Below the pieces are notes generated by a model. That model did no database searches. It was given only the letters and a program-made list of their open reading frames with translations, and was not told the origin of the DNA. Below, piece after piece: positions 11,616 to 22,876 of a stretch of DNA of 64,000 nt (within the stretch, counting starts at the first letter, position 1; each line of letters starts with the position of its first letter). A program made the translations under genes and the position numbers. The stretch spans positions 422,711 through 486,710 of the forward strand of contig JBGAJA010000001.1 of assembly GCA_044225175.1 (NCBI GenBank), given 5' to 3'. This stretch comes from Candidatus Omnitrophota bacterium. Its GTDB lineage: Bacteria; Omnitrophota; Gorgyraeia; Zapsychrales; Fredricksoniimonadaceae.

Positions 11616-12079
11616 CAGACTTGGAGCAAGAAAGAAAGATTTATAATGCCGTTTCTGCTGTTACTGAAGATTTAGGATTAGAATTAGTTGAAGTAAAAAT
11701 AGGCAGACATAAAAGTGATGTTTTTATTCAAGTTTTGGCTGATAAACCAGATGGAAAGATCTCTTTAGAGGAATGTACCCGTTTAAATCGATCTATCGTC
11801 GAAACTATTGACAAAGAGGGGTTTTTTAGTGAAGATGGTTACTCTTTAGAAGTCTCATCTCCTGGTTTAGACAGACCTCTTTTAACCCATAAAGACTTTT
11901 CTAGAAATATTAACAATACAATTCACCTATGGTTAAAAGAGAAGGTCTTAGATAAGACTGAGTATCAAGGATTGGTTAAATCTGTCAATCAAGAGAATTT
12001 GGTTCTGATTTCTGGAAAAGATAAGAAGGAAATAGTTATTCCTATTGAAAAAGTAATGAAAGGTTTGTTGGATATTTAG
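11612..12079 (+). CDS. rimP: Ribosome maturation factor RimP
   Basis: Size and position upstream of nusA-infB; RimP-like SPGLDRPL motif. Confidence 0.8.
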   Translation: MTDLEQERKIYNAVSAVTEDLGLELVEVKIGRHKSDVFIQVLADKPDGKISLEECTRLNRSIVETIDKEGFFSEDGYSLEVSSPGLDRPLLTHKDFSRNINNTIHLWLKEKVLDKTEYQGLVKSVNQENLVLISGKDKKEIVIPIEKVMKGLLDI

Positions 12080-12116
12080 TCTTTAGATTAATTACGTAAA
12101 GAAGGGAAAAGAAGTT

Positions 12117-13175
12117 ATGGATAATGAGTTGCTTACAATCTTAGAACAATTGGAACGTGACAAGGGAATTAGTAAAGAAACCCTTATTGAAGCTGTGGAA
12201 ACAGCTGTAGCTTCGGCTGCCCGAAAAATTTGGTCAGTTGATAAAGAAGAAGATATTAAGGTCGTTTTAGATCGAAAGAGCGGTAAGATTACTGCGTGGG
12301 CAGGCGATGAAGAAATCCATTCCAGTGAATTTGGAAGAATTGCAGCTCAAACAGCAAAGCAAGTAGTCATCCAGAAAATCCGCGAAGCTGAAAAAGATGT
12401 TGTTTTTAATGAATATAATATTCGTTTAGGGCAAATTATTTCCGGAGCTGTTTACCGTTTTGAGAGAGGAAATATTGTCATTGATTTGGGAAAAGCTGAA
12501 GCCTTAATTCCTAGAAGTGAACAGTCTAATAAGGAAGAGTTTCGTCAAGGCGAACGTATCCGAGCTTATCTTCTTGAAGTCCGTCGTGACATTCGTGGTC
12601 CACAGATTATTTTGTCGCGTACAAATGTGAATTTTGTTAAAAGGCTTTTTGAGTTAGAGGTTCCTGAAATATATGAAGGTATTATTGAAGTTAAAGCGAT
12701 TTCTAGAGATCCTGGTGAAAGAACCAAAATAGCTGTTTATTCAAAGGACGAGAAGATTGATTGTGTTGGCGCTTGCGTTGGCATGAGAGGTTCTCGAGTT
12801 AAGAATATAGTCACAGAGCTTCATGGAGAGAAAATTGATATAGTTCGTTATTCAGAAGATATCAAGGAGTATATTCAGGCCGCCTTGTCCCCCGCAGAAA
12901 TTTCTCAAATGCAATTAATATCTGAAGAAAAGAGAGTTAATATCATTGTTGATGAAGATCAATTATCACTAGCTATTGGAAAATATGGCCAGAATGTTCG
13001 TTTAGCTAGTAAATTGGTAGGCTGGGAATTGGACATTTATTCAGCAAAACAATGGGAAGAAAAACAAAAGTCTAAGAATCCTGAAGCGGATAATACTGCT
13101 AAGGAAAGTACGCCTTCTAAAGATACGACTCCTTCCGATGAAGATTCAAAGGAAGAAGAAGATCAAGAAGCGTAA
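12117..13175 (+). CDS. nusA: Transcription termination/antitermination factor NusA (short form, acidic C-terminal tail)
   Basis: S1 and KH domains; rimP-nusA-infB context. Confidence 0.85.
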   Translation: MDNELLTILEQLERDKGISKETLIEAVETAVASAARKIWSVDKEEDIKVVLDRKSGKITAWAGDEEIHSSEFGRIAAQTAKQVVIQKIREAEKDVVFNEYNIRLGQIISGAVYRFERGNIVIDLGKAEALIPRSEQSNKEEFRQGERIRAYLLEVRRDIRGPQIILSRTNVNFVKRLFELEVPEIYEGIIEVKAISRDPGERTKIAVYSKDEKIDCVGACVGMRGSRVKNIVTELHGEKIDIVRYSEDIKEYIQAALSPAEISQMQLISEEKRVNIIVDEDQLSLAIGKYGQNVRLASKLVGWELDIYSAKQWEEKQKSKNPEADNTAKESTPSKDTTPSDEDSKEEEDQEA

Positions 13176-13197
13176 TAATCCAAAAAGAAAGTTTTTT

Positions 13198-15723
13198 ATG
13201 CGCATAGCTGATTTAGCAAGTGAATTAAAGATTAAAGAACAGGTCATTATTGATAAGCTCAAAAGTTTGAAACTTAAAGCTAAAGATACGGGTGATTTGA
13301 CTGCTGGTGTTGAAATGATTGTTCGTGATGCATTGGCAGATGATGGTATTGGAGCCCGTGTTGTTGATGAAGAGCCTAAAAAGAAGACTTCAAAAACTAA
13401 ATCAGCAACTGCAGTAAAGAAAAAAACATCTGATAAAAAAGTTACAGAATCAACTAAAGCTCCTAAGGCTGAAAAGGTTACTAAAGAAAAGAAAAGTCCT
13501 AAAGTAACTAAGAAAATTGTGCCTGCATTGTTTAAAGAAGAAGGCGCCCCTCCAGCTGTTAAACCTAAAGATATTCAACCTAAAGCGGTTATTGAAACTC
13601 CAAAACCAGAAGTTGTTGCCCCAGTTGCTCCTAAAGTTGAAGTCAAGCCGCAACCAATTATTGAACAACCCAAAGTAGTAAAGACAGAGCCGCCTAAGGT
13701 TCAAACTGTCCCAGAAAAGAAACCTATTGAGCCAGTAAAGCCAACTATAGATGTTTCTAAAATTGAAATTCCTAAAGATAAAGAACCAGTTGCTTTTGAT
13801 CCTTTAAAAAAGAAGATATTTGATGCGCCTTTTGAATCTGTTAAACCCTTGGCTAAAAAGCGTAAAAATCGCCCTGATGAAGGGGGTGGATTTCATTCGA
13901 GATTTGATGCTAAACCATCGACTTCTATTTCTAATGCCGCTGTGGTACCAACTCCAGAAGGGCCTTTGCAAGATTTAGAAATTCAACTTCCTATTTCTGT
14001 GAATGGATTTGCCGTTCGCATCAATCAAAAGACTAATATTGTTCTTAAGAAATTGCTTGATATGGGTATTTTTGCGAATATCAACCAAAATTTATCTGAG
14101 GAAATCGTTTTAAAGCTCGCTTCCTCTTTTGGATTTAATCTAATTAAAGTAAAGACCCAAGAGGAACAGTTAGTCGAAGTTCATAAAGAAGAAGCTGAAG
14201 ATCCTGCTCTTTTACAGCCTCGTGCTCCTGTTGTGACATTTATGGGACATGTTGATCATGGAAAAACATCACTTCTTGATCGTATTCGTTCAGCCAAGGT
14301 TGCGGATGATGAACACGGAGGGATCACTCAACATATCGGTTCCTATTCTGTGGAAATTCCTAAAGGACGTATTACTTTTCTTGACACTCCAGGTCATGAA
14401 GCTTTTACAGCGATGCGTGCACGCGGAGCTCATGTCACTGATATTGTTGTGTTAGTCATTGCAGCTGATGAAGGAATTATGCCTCAAACAATTGAAGCCA
14501 TTGATCATGCTAAGGCAGCAGCCGTCCCCATTGTTGTGGCTCTTAATAAAATTGATAAAAAGAATGCTGATGTTGATCGTGTCAAAAAACAATTGATGGA
14601 ATATGATTTGGCTCCGGATGATTGGGGTGGAAAGACTGTTGTGTGCGGTGTTTCTGCTACAACGGGAGAAGGTATTGATAATTTTTTAGAACTCTTACTT
14701 TTAGAGTCTGAATTATTGGAATTGAAAGCTAATCCTAATAAGCTTTCTAAAGGGATTGTCATTGAGGCTCATTTGAGCAAGGGTAAGGGTGCTGTGGCTT
14801 CTTTACTCGTTCAAAAAGGAACCCTTAAAGAAGGTGATATGGTAGTTGTGGGACCATACTTTGGAAAAGTTAAAGCGATGTTTGATGATCATCAAAGATT
14901 AATCAAACAAGCAGGTCCTTCGACACCTGTTGAAATTTTAGGGTTATCCGAAGTTCCAGCAGCAGGTGAAATTTTCTATGTCGTTGAAGATGAACGAAAA
15001 GCTCGTGAAATTACCAAGGTTCGTGAAGAAAAATTAAAGGCTGAGCGGTTATCTGGAACTGCTAAGATTTCACTTGAGGATCTTTATTCACAAATTCAAG
15101 AAGGTAATATTAAAGAGTTAAAAATTATAATTAAAGCTGATGTACAGGGATCTCTAGAAGCCATCAGAGAAGCGTTGGCTAAGATTCCTACGAATGAAGT
15201 CAAGCTTCGTATCATGCATGTGGGAGCAGGAGAAGTAAATTCTTCAGATGTGCTCCTAGCTTTTGCTTCTGAAGCAATCATTATTGCCTTTAATGTGGCA
15301 ATTGATAGTAAAGCTAGGGAAGAATTAGAAAAAACACCAGTGGATGTTCGTAAATACAGAATCATATATGATGCCGTTGATGATATTAGGAATGCTTTAG
15401 AAGGAATGCTGGCTCCAAAATTAAAACGACATTTTGTTGGAAAAGTCGAGATTCGACAGGTCATGAAGCTAAGCAAGTCAGGGATTGTGGCAGGATGTTA
15501 CGTCCAAAAAGGTAAGATTCGTTCCAAGAGTCAAATTGATATTTCTCGCAATGGAGAAGTCGTCTTCACAGGAAATGTTGGATCCCTCAAGCGTTTTAAA
15601 GATGACGTCAAAGAAGTTGCTGAGAATTTTGAATGCGGTGTTGTGATCAATGGCTTTTCTGATATTCAAGTCGGCGACATCATTGAAGCCTTTGATATTG
15701 AATCAATTGCTCGAAAACTTTAA
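13198..15723 (+). CDS. infB: Translation initiation factor IF-2 (start placed at ATG 13198 after nusA stop; the longer ORF from 13138 overlaps nusA)
   Basis: Lys/Pro/Val-rich low-complexity N-terminal region, G-domain GHVDHGKTSLLD, DTPGHEAF, NKID. Confidence 0.9.
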   Translation: MRIADLASELKIKEQVIIDKLKSLKLKAKDTGDLTAGVEMIVRDALADDGIGARVVDEEPKKKTSKTKSATAVKKKTSDKKVTESTKAPKAEKVTKEKKSPKVTKKIVPALFKEEGAPPAVKPKDIQPKAVIETPKPEVVAPVAPKVEVKPQPIIEQPKVVKTEPPKVQTVPEKKPIEPVKPTIDVSKIEIPKDKEPVAFDPLKKKIFDAPFESVKPLAKKRKNRPDEGGGFHSRFDAKPSTSISNAAVVPTPEGPLQDLEIQLPISVNGFAVRINQKTNIVLKKLLDMGIFANINQNLSEEIVLKLASSFGFNLIKVKTQEEQLVEVHKEEAEDPALLQPRAPVVTFMGHVDHGKTSLLDRIRSAKVADDEHGGITQHIGSYSVEIPKGRITFLDTPGHEAFTAMRARGAHVTDIVVLVIAADEGIMPQTIEAIDHAKAAAVPIVVALNKIDKKNADVDRVKKQLMEYDLAPDDWGGKTVVCGVSATTGEGIDNFLELLLLESELLELKANPNKLSKGIVIEAHLSKGKGAVASLLVQKGTLKEGDMVVVGPYFGKVKAMFDDHQRLIKQAGPSTPVEILGLSEVPAAGEIFYVVEDERKAREITKVREEKLKAERLSGTAKISLEDLYSQIQEGNIKELKIIIKADVQGSLEAIREALAKIPTNEVKLRIMHVGAGEVNSSDVLLAFASEAIIIAFNVAIDSKAREELEKTPVDVRKYRIIYDAVDDIRNALEGMLAPKLKRHFVGKVEIRQVMKLSKSGIVAGCYVQKGKIRSKSQIDISRNGEVVFTGNVGSLKRFKDDVKEVAENFECGVVINGFSDIQVGDIIEAFDIESIARKL

Positions 15724-15747
15724 AGGTTCTTAACTCGTCCTTGAATT

Positions 15748-16728
15748 ATGACTAAAACAGTTTTTAGTGCTATGCGGCCGACCGGAAGATTGCATTTAGG
15801 TCATTGGTTAGGCGCTCTTCAAAATTGGGTTACTCTTCAAAAAGATTATCAGTGCATCTTCTCCATTGCTGACTGGCATGCCCTCATGGGTGAATATGAA
15901 AACAGTCAGAATCTCAACGAATACATTGTTGATATGGCCATCGATTGGATTGCTTGTGGGATTGATCCTAAGAAATCCATCATGTATGTTCAATCGAGCG
16001 TCCCAGAACACCTTGAGCTTCAAATGGTGCTTTCTTGTTTAACTCCACTTGGATGGCTTGAAAGAAATCCCACATATAAAGAGCAGTTGAGAGAAATAGC
16101 GACCCGAGATCTTCAAACGTATGCATTCTTAGGTTATCCTGTATTACAAGCTGCTGATATTTTACTTTATAAGGCAACGAGCGTTCCCATAGGAGAAGAT
16201 CAGCTTCCTCACTTAGAACTCTCCCGCGAAATTGCCAGACGTTTTAATACATTGTATAAAAAAGAGTATTTTCAAGATTGTAAAGCAATTTTGACTGAAA
16301 CTCCGCGTCTTTTAGGTTTAGATAATCGAAAAATGAGTAAAAGTTATGGGAATGCCATCAATTTATCTGATTCGGTTGATGACATTCGTAAAAAAGTCCT
16401 TAAAATGGTTACTGATCCAAAACGAATTAAGGTAAGTGATCCAGGTCATCCAGAAGAATGTAATGTGTATAGTTATTATCAGGTTTTTGCTCCGGAGTTA
16501 GCTGATGATGCTTACAAATGGTGTTCGCAGGCTCAAAAAGGCTGTGTGGATTGTAAAAAGATTTTAGCTGAGAAAATGATTGCCTACTTGGCGCCAATTA
16601 GAGAAAAACGTGCTGAGTTAGAGAAGGATAAGGATACTATTCGAGATATTCTTAATGATGGAAGTAAAAGAGCAAAGCAAATCGCTCAAAACACCATGGC
16701 TGAAGTTCGCCAATTAGTTTTTGGTTAA
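15748..16728 (+). CDS. trpS: Tryptophanyl-tRNA synthetase
   Basis: Class I HIGH-like (GRLHLGH) and KMSKS motifs; 326 aa. Confidence 0.9.
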   Translation: MTKTVFSAMRPTGRLHLGHWLGALQNWVTLQKDYQCIFSIADWHALMGEYENSQNLNEYIVDMAIDWIACGIDPKKSIMYVQSSVPEHLELQMVLSCLTPLGWLERNPTYKEQLREIATRDLQTYAFLGYPVLQAADILLYKATSVPIGEDQLPHLELSREIARRFNTLYKKEYFQDCKAILTETPRLLGLDNRKMSKSYGNAINLSDSVDDIRKKVLKMVTDPKRIKVSDPGHPEECNVYSYYQVFAPELADDAYKWCSQAQKGCVDCKKILAEKMIAYLAPIREKRAELEKDKDTIRDILNDGSKRAKQIAQNTMAEVRQLVFG

Positions 16729-16730
16729 TT

Positions 16731-17483
16731 ATGTCCTATAAAATTCAACTCGAAAAATTTGAAGGCCCTCTCGATCTACTTTTGTATTTGATCAAGAAAG
16801 ATGATATTGATATATGTGATATTCCAATATCAACAATTACTGATCAGTATATGCAATATATTAATACTATGAAATTGTTGAATTTGGAAGTGGTGGGAGA
16901 TTTTTTGGTCATGGCAGCAACATTAATGCAGATCAAATCCAAAATGCTTTTGCCCCCAGACCCATTTGCAGTAGTTCCAGAGGAAGATCCTAGAAATGAA
17001 CTGGTAAGACGTCTGCAGGAGTATCAGCAGTTCAAATTAGTCGCAGAAAATTTAAAAGAAAAAGAAGCTTTCCGTCAAAATCTTTTTAGCCGTTTGGTCG
17101 ATGAAGAGGCCATGAATCAAATCAAAGAAGATGCTCAAGAAGTGTTTATTGAAGCAAGTCTCTTTGATCTGATTAATGCTTTAAATATCGCGATTGCTAA
17201 AGTTCCTGAGAAGATTACCTATCAAATCAATGAAGACCAATTTAGTGTGGAGGGACAGGTGCATACAATCCTTCACCGTTTGGTTGAGTCTCCTAAGTTA
17301 TCACTCAAAGATCTTTTTATGAAGGCAAGCTGCAAATTAGAGATTGTTTGTACTTTTGTCGCTATCCTTGAATTAGTTAGAATTAAAGAAATCTTAGCCT
17401 ATCAACGCCGTGCCTTTGATGATATTGAAATTGTTCGTAATTTTTCTAATGAATCAGCTCCTGAATATTCAGAATCCCAATAA
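16731..17483 (+). CDS. scpA: Segregation and condensation protein A
   Basis: ScpA family N-terminal FEGPLDLLLYLI motif; 250 aa. Confidence 0.8.
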   Translation: MSYKIQLEKFEGPLDLLLYLIKKDDIDICDIPISTITDQYMQYINTMKLLNLEVVGDFLVMAATLMQIKSKMLLPPDPFAVVPEEDPRNELVRRLQEYQQFKLVAENLKEKEAFRQNLFSRLVDEEAMNQIKEDAQEVFIEASLFDLINALNIAIAKVPEKITYQINEDQFSVEGQVHTILHRLVESPKLSLKDLFMKASCKLEIVCTFVAILELVRIKEILAYQRRAFDDIEIVRNFSNESAPEYSESQ

Positions 17484-17489
17484 ATACTT

Positions 17490-18482
17490 ATGGACGAACT
17501 CAAGCGTCTAGTCATCAGCGAACAAACTCAAGAAGATGAGCTTGTCAGTCTGTCTTTGAGACCTCAGAAACTCGATGAATTTATTGGTCAGAAAGATTTA
17601 GTCACTGCTTTGCATATTGCAATTTCTGCAGCTAAGAAACGCGGGGAGCCTCTAGAACATACCTTATTTTCAGGTCCACCGGGTCTGGGAAAGACTTCAC
17701 TTGCCCATATTGTCTCTAATGAAATGAATAGCCGTATTACCATCACATCAGGTCCTGCTATTCAAAGAGCTGGAGATTTTATTGGTATCCTGACCAATCT
17801 TGAAAAAGGCGACATTCTTTTTATTGATGAGATCCACAGGCTTTCTAAGACTGTTGAAGAGTTTTTATATCCTGCTATGGAGAATTTTAAGATTGATTTT
17901 ATTGTCGATAAGGGACCATATGCCAAGACAATCAATTTTAGTTTAAAACCATTTACTTTGATTGGGGCCACGACCAGAAGCGGCCTTCTTGCAACTCCTT
18001 TGAGGGATCGTTTTGGTATTTTTCATCATTTGGAGTTTTATGATAACGATGATTTAGCAACAATTATCAGGACTTCTGCGATCAAATTAAGTGTTTCTAT
18101 TGATCCAGATGCTTCCAAAGAAATTGCTGGCCGCGCCAGAGGAACGCCAAGAGTGGCTAATCGTTTGCTTCGCCGCTGCAGAGATTTTGCTCAAGTTAAG
18201 AAAAATCAAAACCACGTAGATTTAGCGATTGTCCAAGAATGCATGAAATCTTTACGCATCGATGAGTACGGTTTGGATGATCTTGACCGCAGGCTTTTAA
18301 AAATTATTAAAACCCAGTACAAGGGTGGTCCTGTTGGGATTGAAGCTTTATCCGCAACTCTTAATGAAGAGGTGGATACTTTGGTGGATGTTATTGAGCC
18401 GTATCTTTTAAAAACAGGTTTTCTTCGTCGTACCTCTAGGGGAAGAGAATTAACGGAGCTTTCGTTAAAACATGTGGACTAG
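17490..18482 (+). CDS. ruvB: Holliday junction DNA helicase RuvB
   Basis: Walker A GPPGLGKTSLA, ILFIDEIHRL Walker B/sensor; 330 aa. Confidence 0.9.
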   Translation: MDELKRLVISEQTQEDELVSLSLRPQKLDEFIGQKDLVTALHIAISAAKKRGEPLEHTLFSGPPGLGKTSLAHIVSNEMNSRITITSGPAIQRAGDFIGILTNLEKGDILFIDEIHRLSKTVEEFLYPAMENFKIDFIVDKGPYAKTINFSLKPFTLIGATTRSGLLATPLRDRFGIFHHLEFYDNDDLATIIRTSAIKLSVSIDPDASKEIAGRARGTPRVANRLLRRCRDFAQVKKNQNHVDLAIVQECMKSLRIDEYGLDDLDRRLLKIIKTQYKGGPVGIEALSATLNEEVDTLVDVIEPYLLKTGFLRRTSRGRELTELSLKHVD

Positions 18483-18545
18483 TTTGAAAAAATCCTTCAC
18501 CTGGCAAAACATCTATTTTTTAACCATCACGATTGCTTATATTTT

Positions 18546-20165
18546 ATGGCGGGCCAAAATTTACCTAGATCGAATTCACTCATAGTCCACTTGCCAACAT
18601 TTATGTTGGCCATTGGATATATTTGTTTTTGGTTAGAGTTGTTTGTTTTTAAAAATGACCAAAGAACTGTTTCTATGATTGGTTGTGTTTTGTTTGCTAC
18701 CTTGTCTTTTTGGATGATTAAGAGTAGCAAAGATGATATACGGTCTTTCTTTAAAAAGTTTAGCAGTTTCCTTTCTTCTGTTTCTCCTGTAGTTCGTTGG
18801 AGTTTATTAGGAGGGATTGCTTTTGGAGTTTTGATTTTACTGTGTGGTTTATATGCTTCATTGCTGCCCCCGCATTTAACACAGGAATTTGATGTATTAA
18901 ATTACCATCTCACATTACCGCGTCAGCACCTTCTTTTAGGTTCATTTAGCCATATTCCTTGGTCTACCGCAGATTTATATTACTTGCCTATTGATTTTGC
19001 TTTGGCCCCTTTTTGGTTGGTTTCTTCTTTGCCAAATAAATTCCCTCAATATTTGATTTTCTTAGGGTTATTGGCTGTGGTTATGCGTTTAGCCTATCAA
19101 CTTTCCAATAAAAATGTAGGTTGCTCAATCCTTGCAGGGTTAGCTATTTTAGGTTCGCACAACGTAGGGATACAATTGGGAACAGGAATGCTAGATTTGA
19201 CCATTTGTTATTTATTTTTTGCGGCTTTAGAAAGCTTTCTAGCGAGGGCTTATTTTATATCAGCACTGGAGTTAAGTTTTTATTTTTGGTCAAAATCATT
19301 TATGCCTATTCAGTTTTCATTAAGCATTTTGTTTTTAGTGATAGTTTTTATTTGTTTTAGAATTTTTGGTTTTTCAAAAATAAGTAAGATTTGGGAAAGT
19401 GTAATAGTTCTTAGATGGAGAGAATTTCAAGGAGTAATTTTAAAAGTATTTCTCTATTTCTTATTCTGCAGTGTATTAGTGGGAGGGCCATTTGTTGCAA
19501 AGTCTTTGTATTATGCTGGCACACCTGCATTTCCTTTTGCTGTAGGTTTATTTGAGGTGAATCCTATCAATAACTTAGAAGAGCTTAAACAAAAAAGTGA
19601 GCAAATTCTAGGGACACGTGATCAGTATGGCTCGGGACGTGGAATTAAAGAGTTTATTCAACATTTATGGTTAGTTGCCGTCCCAGAGAAGGGTGTCAAT
19701 AACCGGTATGATTACCCTATAGGATTTGTCTATTTACTTTTTGTGGGGCCTTTTCTTGTATTATTCTTAAAATCTTTAAAAGAACAAAGGTTTGCTATTT
19801 TGCCCATATTAGCTATATGCAGCTGGCTCGTCTGGTGGATGGGGTCCCAGCAAACAAGATTTCTATTTGTTCCGTTAATTATAATGTACTTGGCAACCAT
19901 TGTTTCTTTTAAGAACATTTCAAAAGTTCTAGCTGTTCTAATGTCTTTAGCTGTTTTGATCGTAGCGGTCTCGGTATTACAAGCTCAGAAAGGAGATTGG
20001 GGGAAATGGGGGTATAGTGTTCTTCGTCCCCAAGATCAAGCTTTGGTTACATTAGGGAAACAGTCGAAACAAGTGCCGGTCACAGTAGATTTCTTTGATG
20101 CTGCCTTTGCAGATTTTCCAATTGAGGTCAAGAATATCGATTCTATATTTGTTTTAAAGCATTAG
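18546..20165 (+). CDS. Hypothetical large polytopic integral membrane protein (>=10 predicted TM helices); function unknown
   Basis: 539 aa, mostly hydrophobic segments; no motif I can name with confidence. Confidence 0.45.
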   Translation: MAGQNLPRSNSLIVHLPTFMLAIGYICFWLELFVFKNDQRTVSMIGCVLFATLSFWMIKSSKDDIRSFFKKFSSFLSSVSPVVRWSLLGGIAFGVLILLCGLYASLLPPHLTQEFDVLNYHLTLPRQHLLLGSFSHIPWSTADLYYLPIDFALAPFWLVSSLPNKFPQYLIFLGLLAVVMRLAYQLSNKNVGCSILAGLAILGSHNVGIQLGTGMLDLTICYLFFAALESFLARAYFISALELSFYFWSKSFMPIQFSLSILFLVIVFICFRIFGFSKISKIWESVIVLRWREFQGVILKVFLYFLFCSVLVGGPFVAKSLYYAGTPAFPFAVGLFEVNPINNLEELKQKSEQILGTRDQYGSGRGIKEFIQHLWLVAVPEKGVNNRYDYPIGFVYLLFVGPFLVLFLKSLKEQRFAILPILAICSWLVWWMGSQQTRFLFVPLIIMYLATIVSFKNISKVLAVLMSLAVLIVAVSVLQAQKGDWGKWGYSVLRPQDQALVTLGKQSKQVPVTVDFFDAAFADFPIEVKNIDSIFVLKH

Positions 20166-20183
20166 ATTATTATTTGTTTTATC

Positions 20184-20211
20184 TTGCCGGCTTGGCTTCC
20201 TTTACTATAAT
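20184..20211 (+). promoter_or_regulatory. Sigma70-like promoter TTGCCG-16-TATAAT, -10 ends 6 nt before sdhC ATG (possible leaderless transcript; no SD)
   Basis: Hexamers and spacing read directly. Confidence 0.4.
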
Positions 20212-20217
20212 ACTTTT

Positions 20218-20898
20218 ATGTCTTCCTACCAAACATTTGATCTTAATCGTTCCATCACCAGTAAGCAAATTGTTGCTATTACAGGACTTCTGCTTATTTT
20301 GTATGTCATTGTTCATTTAGCTGGTAACTTATTTATTTTTGCAGGTCCCCAAGCTTTTAACGGTTATGCAGATAAATTGGGTGGTTTGGGTCCAATCAAG
20401 ACGATGGCTGAATGGATATTATTTTTTATATTTCTCATTCATATTGTTGCTGTTACATATTTGGTCACACAAAATATTAAAGCAAGAGGAATGACCCGCT
20501 ACGCTGTTGATAATTCAAAAAGACCTCGTTCATTAGCTACGCGTTTGATGCCTTACAGCGGTACCTATTTAATTGTTTATTTGATTTGGCATTTGGTTGA
20601 TTTTACATGGGCTAATCATCACGGTAATCACAGCCTGATGTATGGCCAAGACTATGGTCTATATGGGTTGGTTATTAATACTTTTAAAGATCCCATGCAT
20701 TCTTGGATGTATGTTTTAGCTATGTGTTTCTTGGGACTTCATTTAGCTCATGGTGTGCAAAGCTTTATCCAGACATTTGGTTTTAATGACAGCCGTTTTA
20801 CTCTAGGAGTTAGGAAGTTTAGTAATCTATTTGCGTTGGCGATGGTTATTGCATACAGTTCGATTCCTTTGTATGTGTTGTACGTATTAAAAATTTAA
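20218..20898 (+). CDS. sdhC: Succinate dehydrogenase/fumarate reductase diheme cytochrome b subunit (type B, 5 TM)
   Basis: 226 aa, five hydrophobic helices with conserved His spacing; precedes sdhA-sdhB. Confidence 0.7.
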   Translation: MSSYQTFDLNRSITSKQIVAITGLLLILYVIVHLAGNLFIFAGPQAFNGYADKLGGLGPIKTMAEWILFFIFLIHIVAVTYLVTQNIKARGMTRYAVDNSKRPRSLATRLMPYSGTYLIVYLIWHLVDFTWANHHGNHSLMYGQDYGLYGLVINTFKDPMHSWMYVLAMCFLGLHLAHGVQSFIQTFGFNDSRFTLGVRKFSNLFALAMVIAYSSIPLYVLYVLKI

Positions 20899-20904
20899 TT
20901 GTAT

Positions 20905-20924
20905 GGGCAATTCATGAATCGCCC
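20905..20924. repeat. 20-bp palindrome GGGCAATTCATGAATCGCCC(+GTAC) in sdhC-sdhA spacer; copy 1 of 2 (one mismatch)
   Basis: Direct reading; second copy at 22857-22876. Confidence 0.8.
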
Positions 20925-20942
20925 GTACGGAAAAAAATTATT

Positions 20943-22856
20943 ATGTTAGATTCTAAAATCCCAGAAGGCGCAATGAAAGACAAGTGGACGAACTTTAAGT
21001 TCAATGCCAAACTTGTTAATCCTGCTAATAAGCGTAAATACAAAGTCCTCGTCGTGGGTACAGGCTTAGCTGGGGCTTCCGCTGCAGCTTCAATGAGTGA
21101 ATTAGGTTATAATGTGGAAAGCTTCTGTTTCCAGGATTCTCCACGCCGTGCGCATTCCATTGCTGCTCAAGGAGGAATTAATGCTGCCAAGAACTATCCT
21201 AATGATGGAGACAGTGTTAAACGATTATTCTACGATACGGTTAAAGGTGGAGATTTTCGTTCCCGTGAAGCCAATGTCTATCGTTTAGCTGAAGTAAGTA
21301 CTGCCATCATTGATCAATGCGTAGCTCAAGGCGTTCCTTTTGCCCGGGAATATGGGGGATATTTGGATAATCGTTCCTTTGGAGGGGCACAGGTATCACG
21401 TACATTTTATGCTCGTGGGCAAACTGGTCAGCAGCTTCTTCTTGGAGCATATCAGGCGCTGATGAAAGAAGCCTCTATAGGTAATGTCAAACTTCATCCG
21501 CGAACTGAACTTTTGGATATTGTAGTTATTGATGGGGTAGCCAAGGGGATTGTTGTTCGTAATTTGATAACAGGACAAATTGAGTCTCACGCTGGGGATG
21601 CTGTTGTTCTTGCAACTGGCGGTTATGGGAATGTGTTTTATCTTTCAACCAATGCTAAGCAGTGCAATGTCACAGCCACATGGCGTGCCCATAAAAAGGG
21701 TGCATTCTTTTCGAATCCTTGTTATACCCAGATTCATCCAACATGTATTCCTGTTCACGGAGACTATCAATCTAAACTGACCCTGATGAGCGAAAGTTTG
21801 CGTAATGACGGTCGTGTGTGGGTTCCTAAAACAAAAGGAGATAAACGTCCTGCCCATGAAATTCCAGATGCAGAACGTGATTATTTCCTTGAACGCAAAT
21901 ATCCAAGCTTTGGAAACCTTGTTCCTCGTGATATTGCCTCCCGTAATGTCAAAGAACAGTGCGACGCTGGTCTTGGGGTTGGTTCGACAGGTCAAGCTGT
22001 TTACTTAGATTTTGCGGATTCGATCAAACGTTTAGGTGCCGACACCATTAAAGAAAAGTACGGTAATTTGTTTGATATGTATCAAAAGATTACTGATTTC
22101 AATCCTTATCAAACTCCTATGATGATTTATCCAGCTGTCCATTATACGATGGGTGGTTTGTGGGTAGATTACACACTTATGAGTAATCTTCCAGGATTGT
22201 TCGTTGTTGGAGAAGCTAATTTTTCTGATCATGGAGCTAATCGTCTTGGGGCTAGTGCTTTGATGCAAGGTTTAGCGGACGGATACTTTGTTCTTCCTTA
22301 TACAATTGGAAACTATTTAGCTCAGAATAAGCCTGTTGATAGGAAATTGAATGAGCATGCCGAATTTAAAAAATGCGAATCGGATGTTAATAATCTAGTC
22401 AAAGAATTGTTATCTATTAAAGGCAAACGCACGGTTGATGATTTTCATCGTGAGCTAGGTAAACTTGTCTGGGATAAATGCGGCATGGCTCGTAATGAAG
22501 CTGGTTTAAAGCAAGCTTTAAAGCGAATTCCAGAGATTCGTGAAGAATTTTGGAAGAATGTGAACGTATTAGGATCCGCAGAAGAGTTTAATCAAGCACT
22601 CGAACGTGCTGGGCGCGTCGCTGATTTCTTAGAATTTGGCGAACTCCTTGTCTATGATGCTTTAAAGCGTGAAGAAAGCTGCGGCGGTCATTTCAGAGAA
22701 GAATATCAAACACCCGAAGGTGAGGCTCTTCGTCGTGACGATCAATTCAGCTATGTCGCTGCCTGGCAATTTAATGGCGTCGGCAAAGAACCAACGCTTC
22801 ATAAGGAAGAATTGAAATTTGAAGAAGTGCATATTGCGCAGAGATCATATAAGTAG
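20943..22856 (+). CDS. sdhA: Succinate dehydrogenase/fumarate reductase flavoprotein subunit
   Basis: FAD-binding [10 protein letters not shown], covalent-FAD His region ([11 protein letters not shown]), 637 aa. Confidence 0.92.
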   Translation: MLDSKIPEGAMKDKWTNFKFNAKLVNPANKRKYKVLVVGTGLAGASAAASMSELGYNVESFCFQDSPRRAHSIAAQGGINAAKNYPNDGDSVKRLFYDTVKGGDFRSREANVYRLAEVSTAIIDQCVAQGVPFAREYGGYLDNRSFGGAQVSRTFYARGQTGQQLLLGAYQALMKEASIGNVKLHPRTELLDIVVIDGVAKGIVVRNLITGQIESHAGDAVVLATGGYGNVFYLSTNAKQCNVTATWRAHKKGAFFSNPCYTQIHPTCIPVHGDYQSKLTLMSESLRNDGRVWVPKTKGDKRPAHEIPDAERDYFLERKYPSFGNLVPRDIASRNVKEQCDAGLGVGSTGQAVYLDFADSIKRLGADTIKEKYGNLFDMYQKITDFNPYQTPMMIYPAVHYTMGGLWVDYTLMSNLPGLFVVGEANFSDHGANRLGASALMQGLADGYFVLPYTIGNYLAQNKPVDRKLNEHAEFKKCESDVNNLVKELLSIKGKRTVDDFHRELGKLVWDKCGMARNEAGLKQALKRIPEIREEFWKNVNVLGSAEEFNQALERAGRVADFLEFGELLVYDALKREESCGGHFREEYQTPEGEALRRDDQFSYVAAWQFNGVGKEPTLHKEELKFEEVHIAQRSYK

Positions 22857-22876
22857 GGGCGATTCATGAATCGCCC
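22857..22876. repeat. 20-bp perfect palindrome GGGCGATTCATGAATCGCCC(+GTAC) in sdhA-sdhB spacer; copy 2 of 2
   Basis: Direct reading; self-complementary. Confidence 0.85.
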
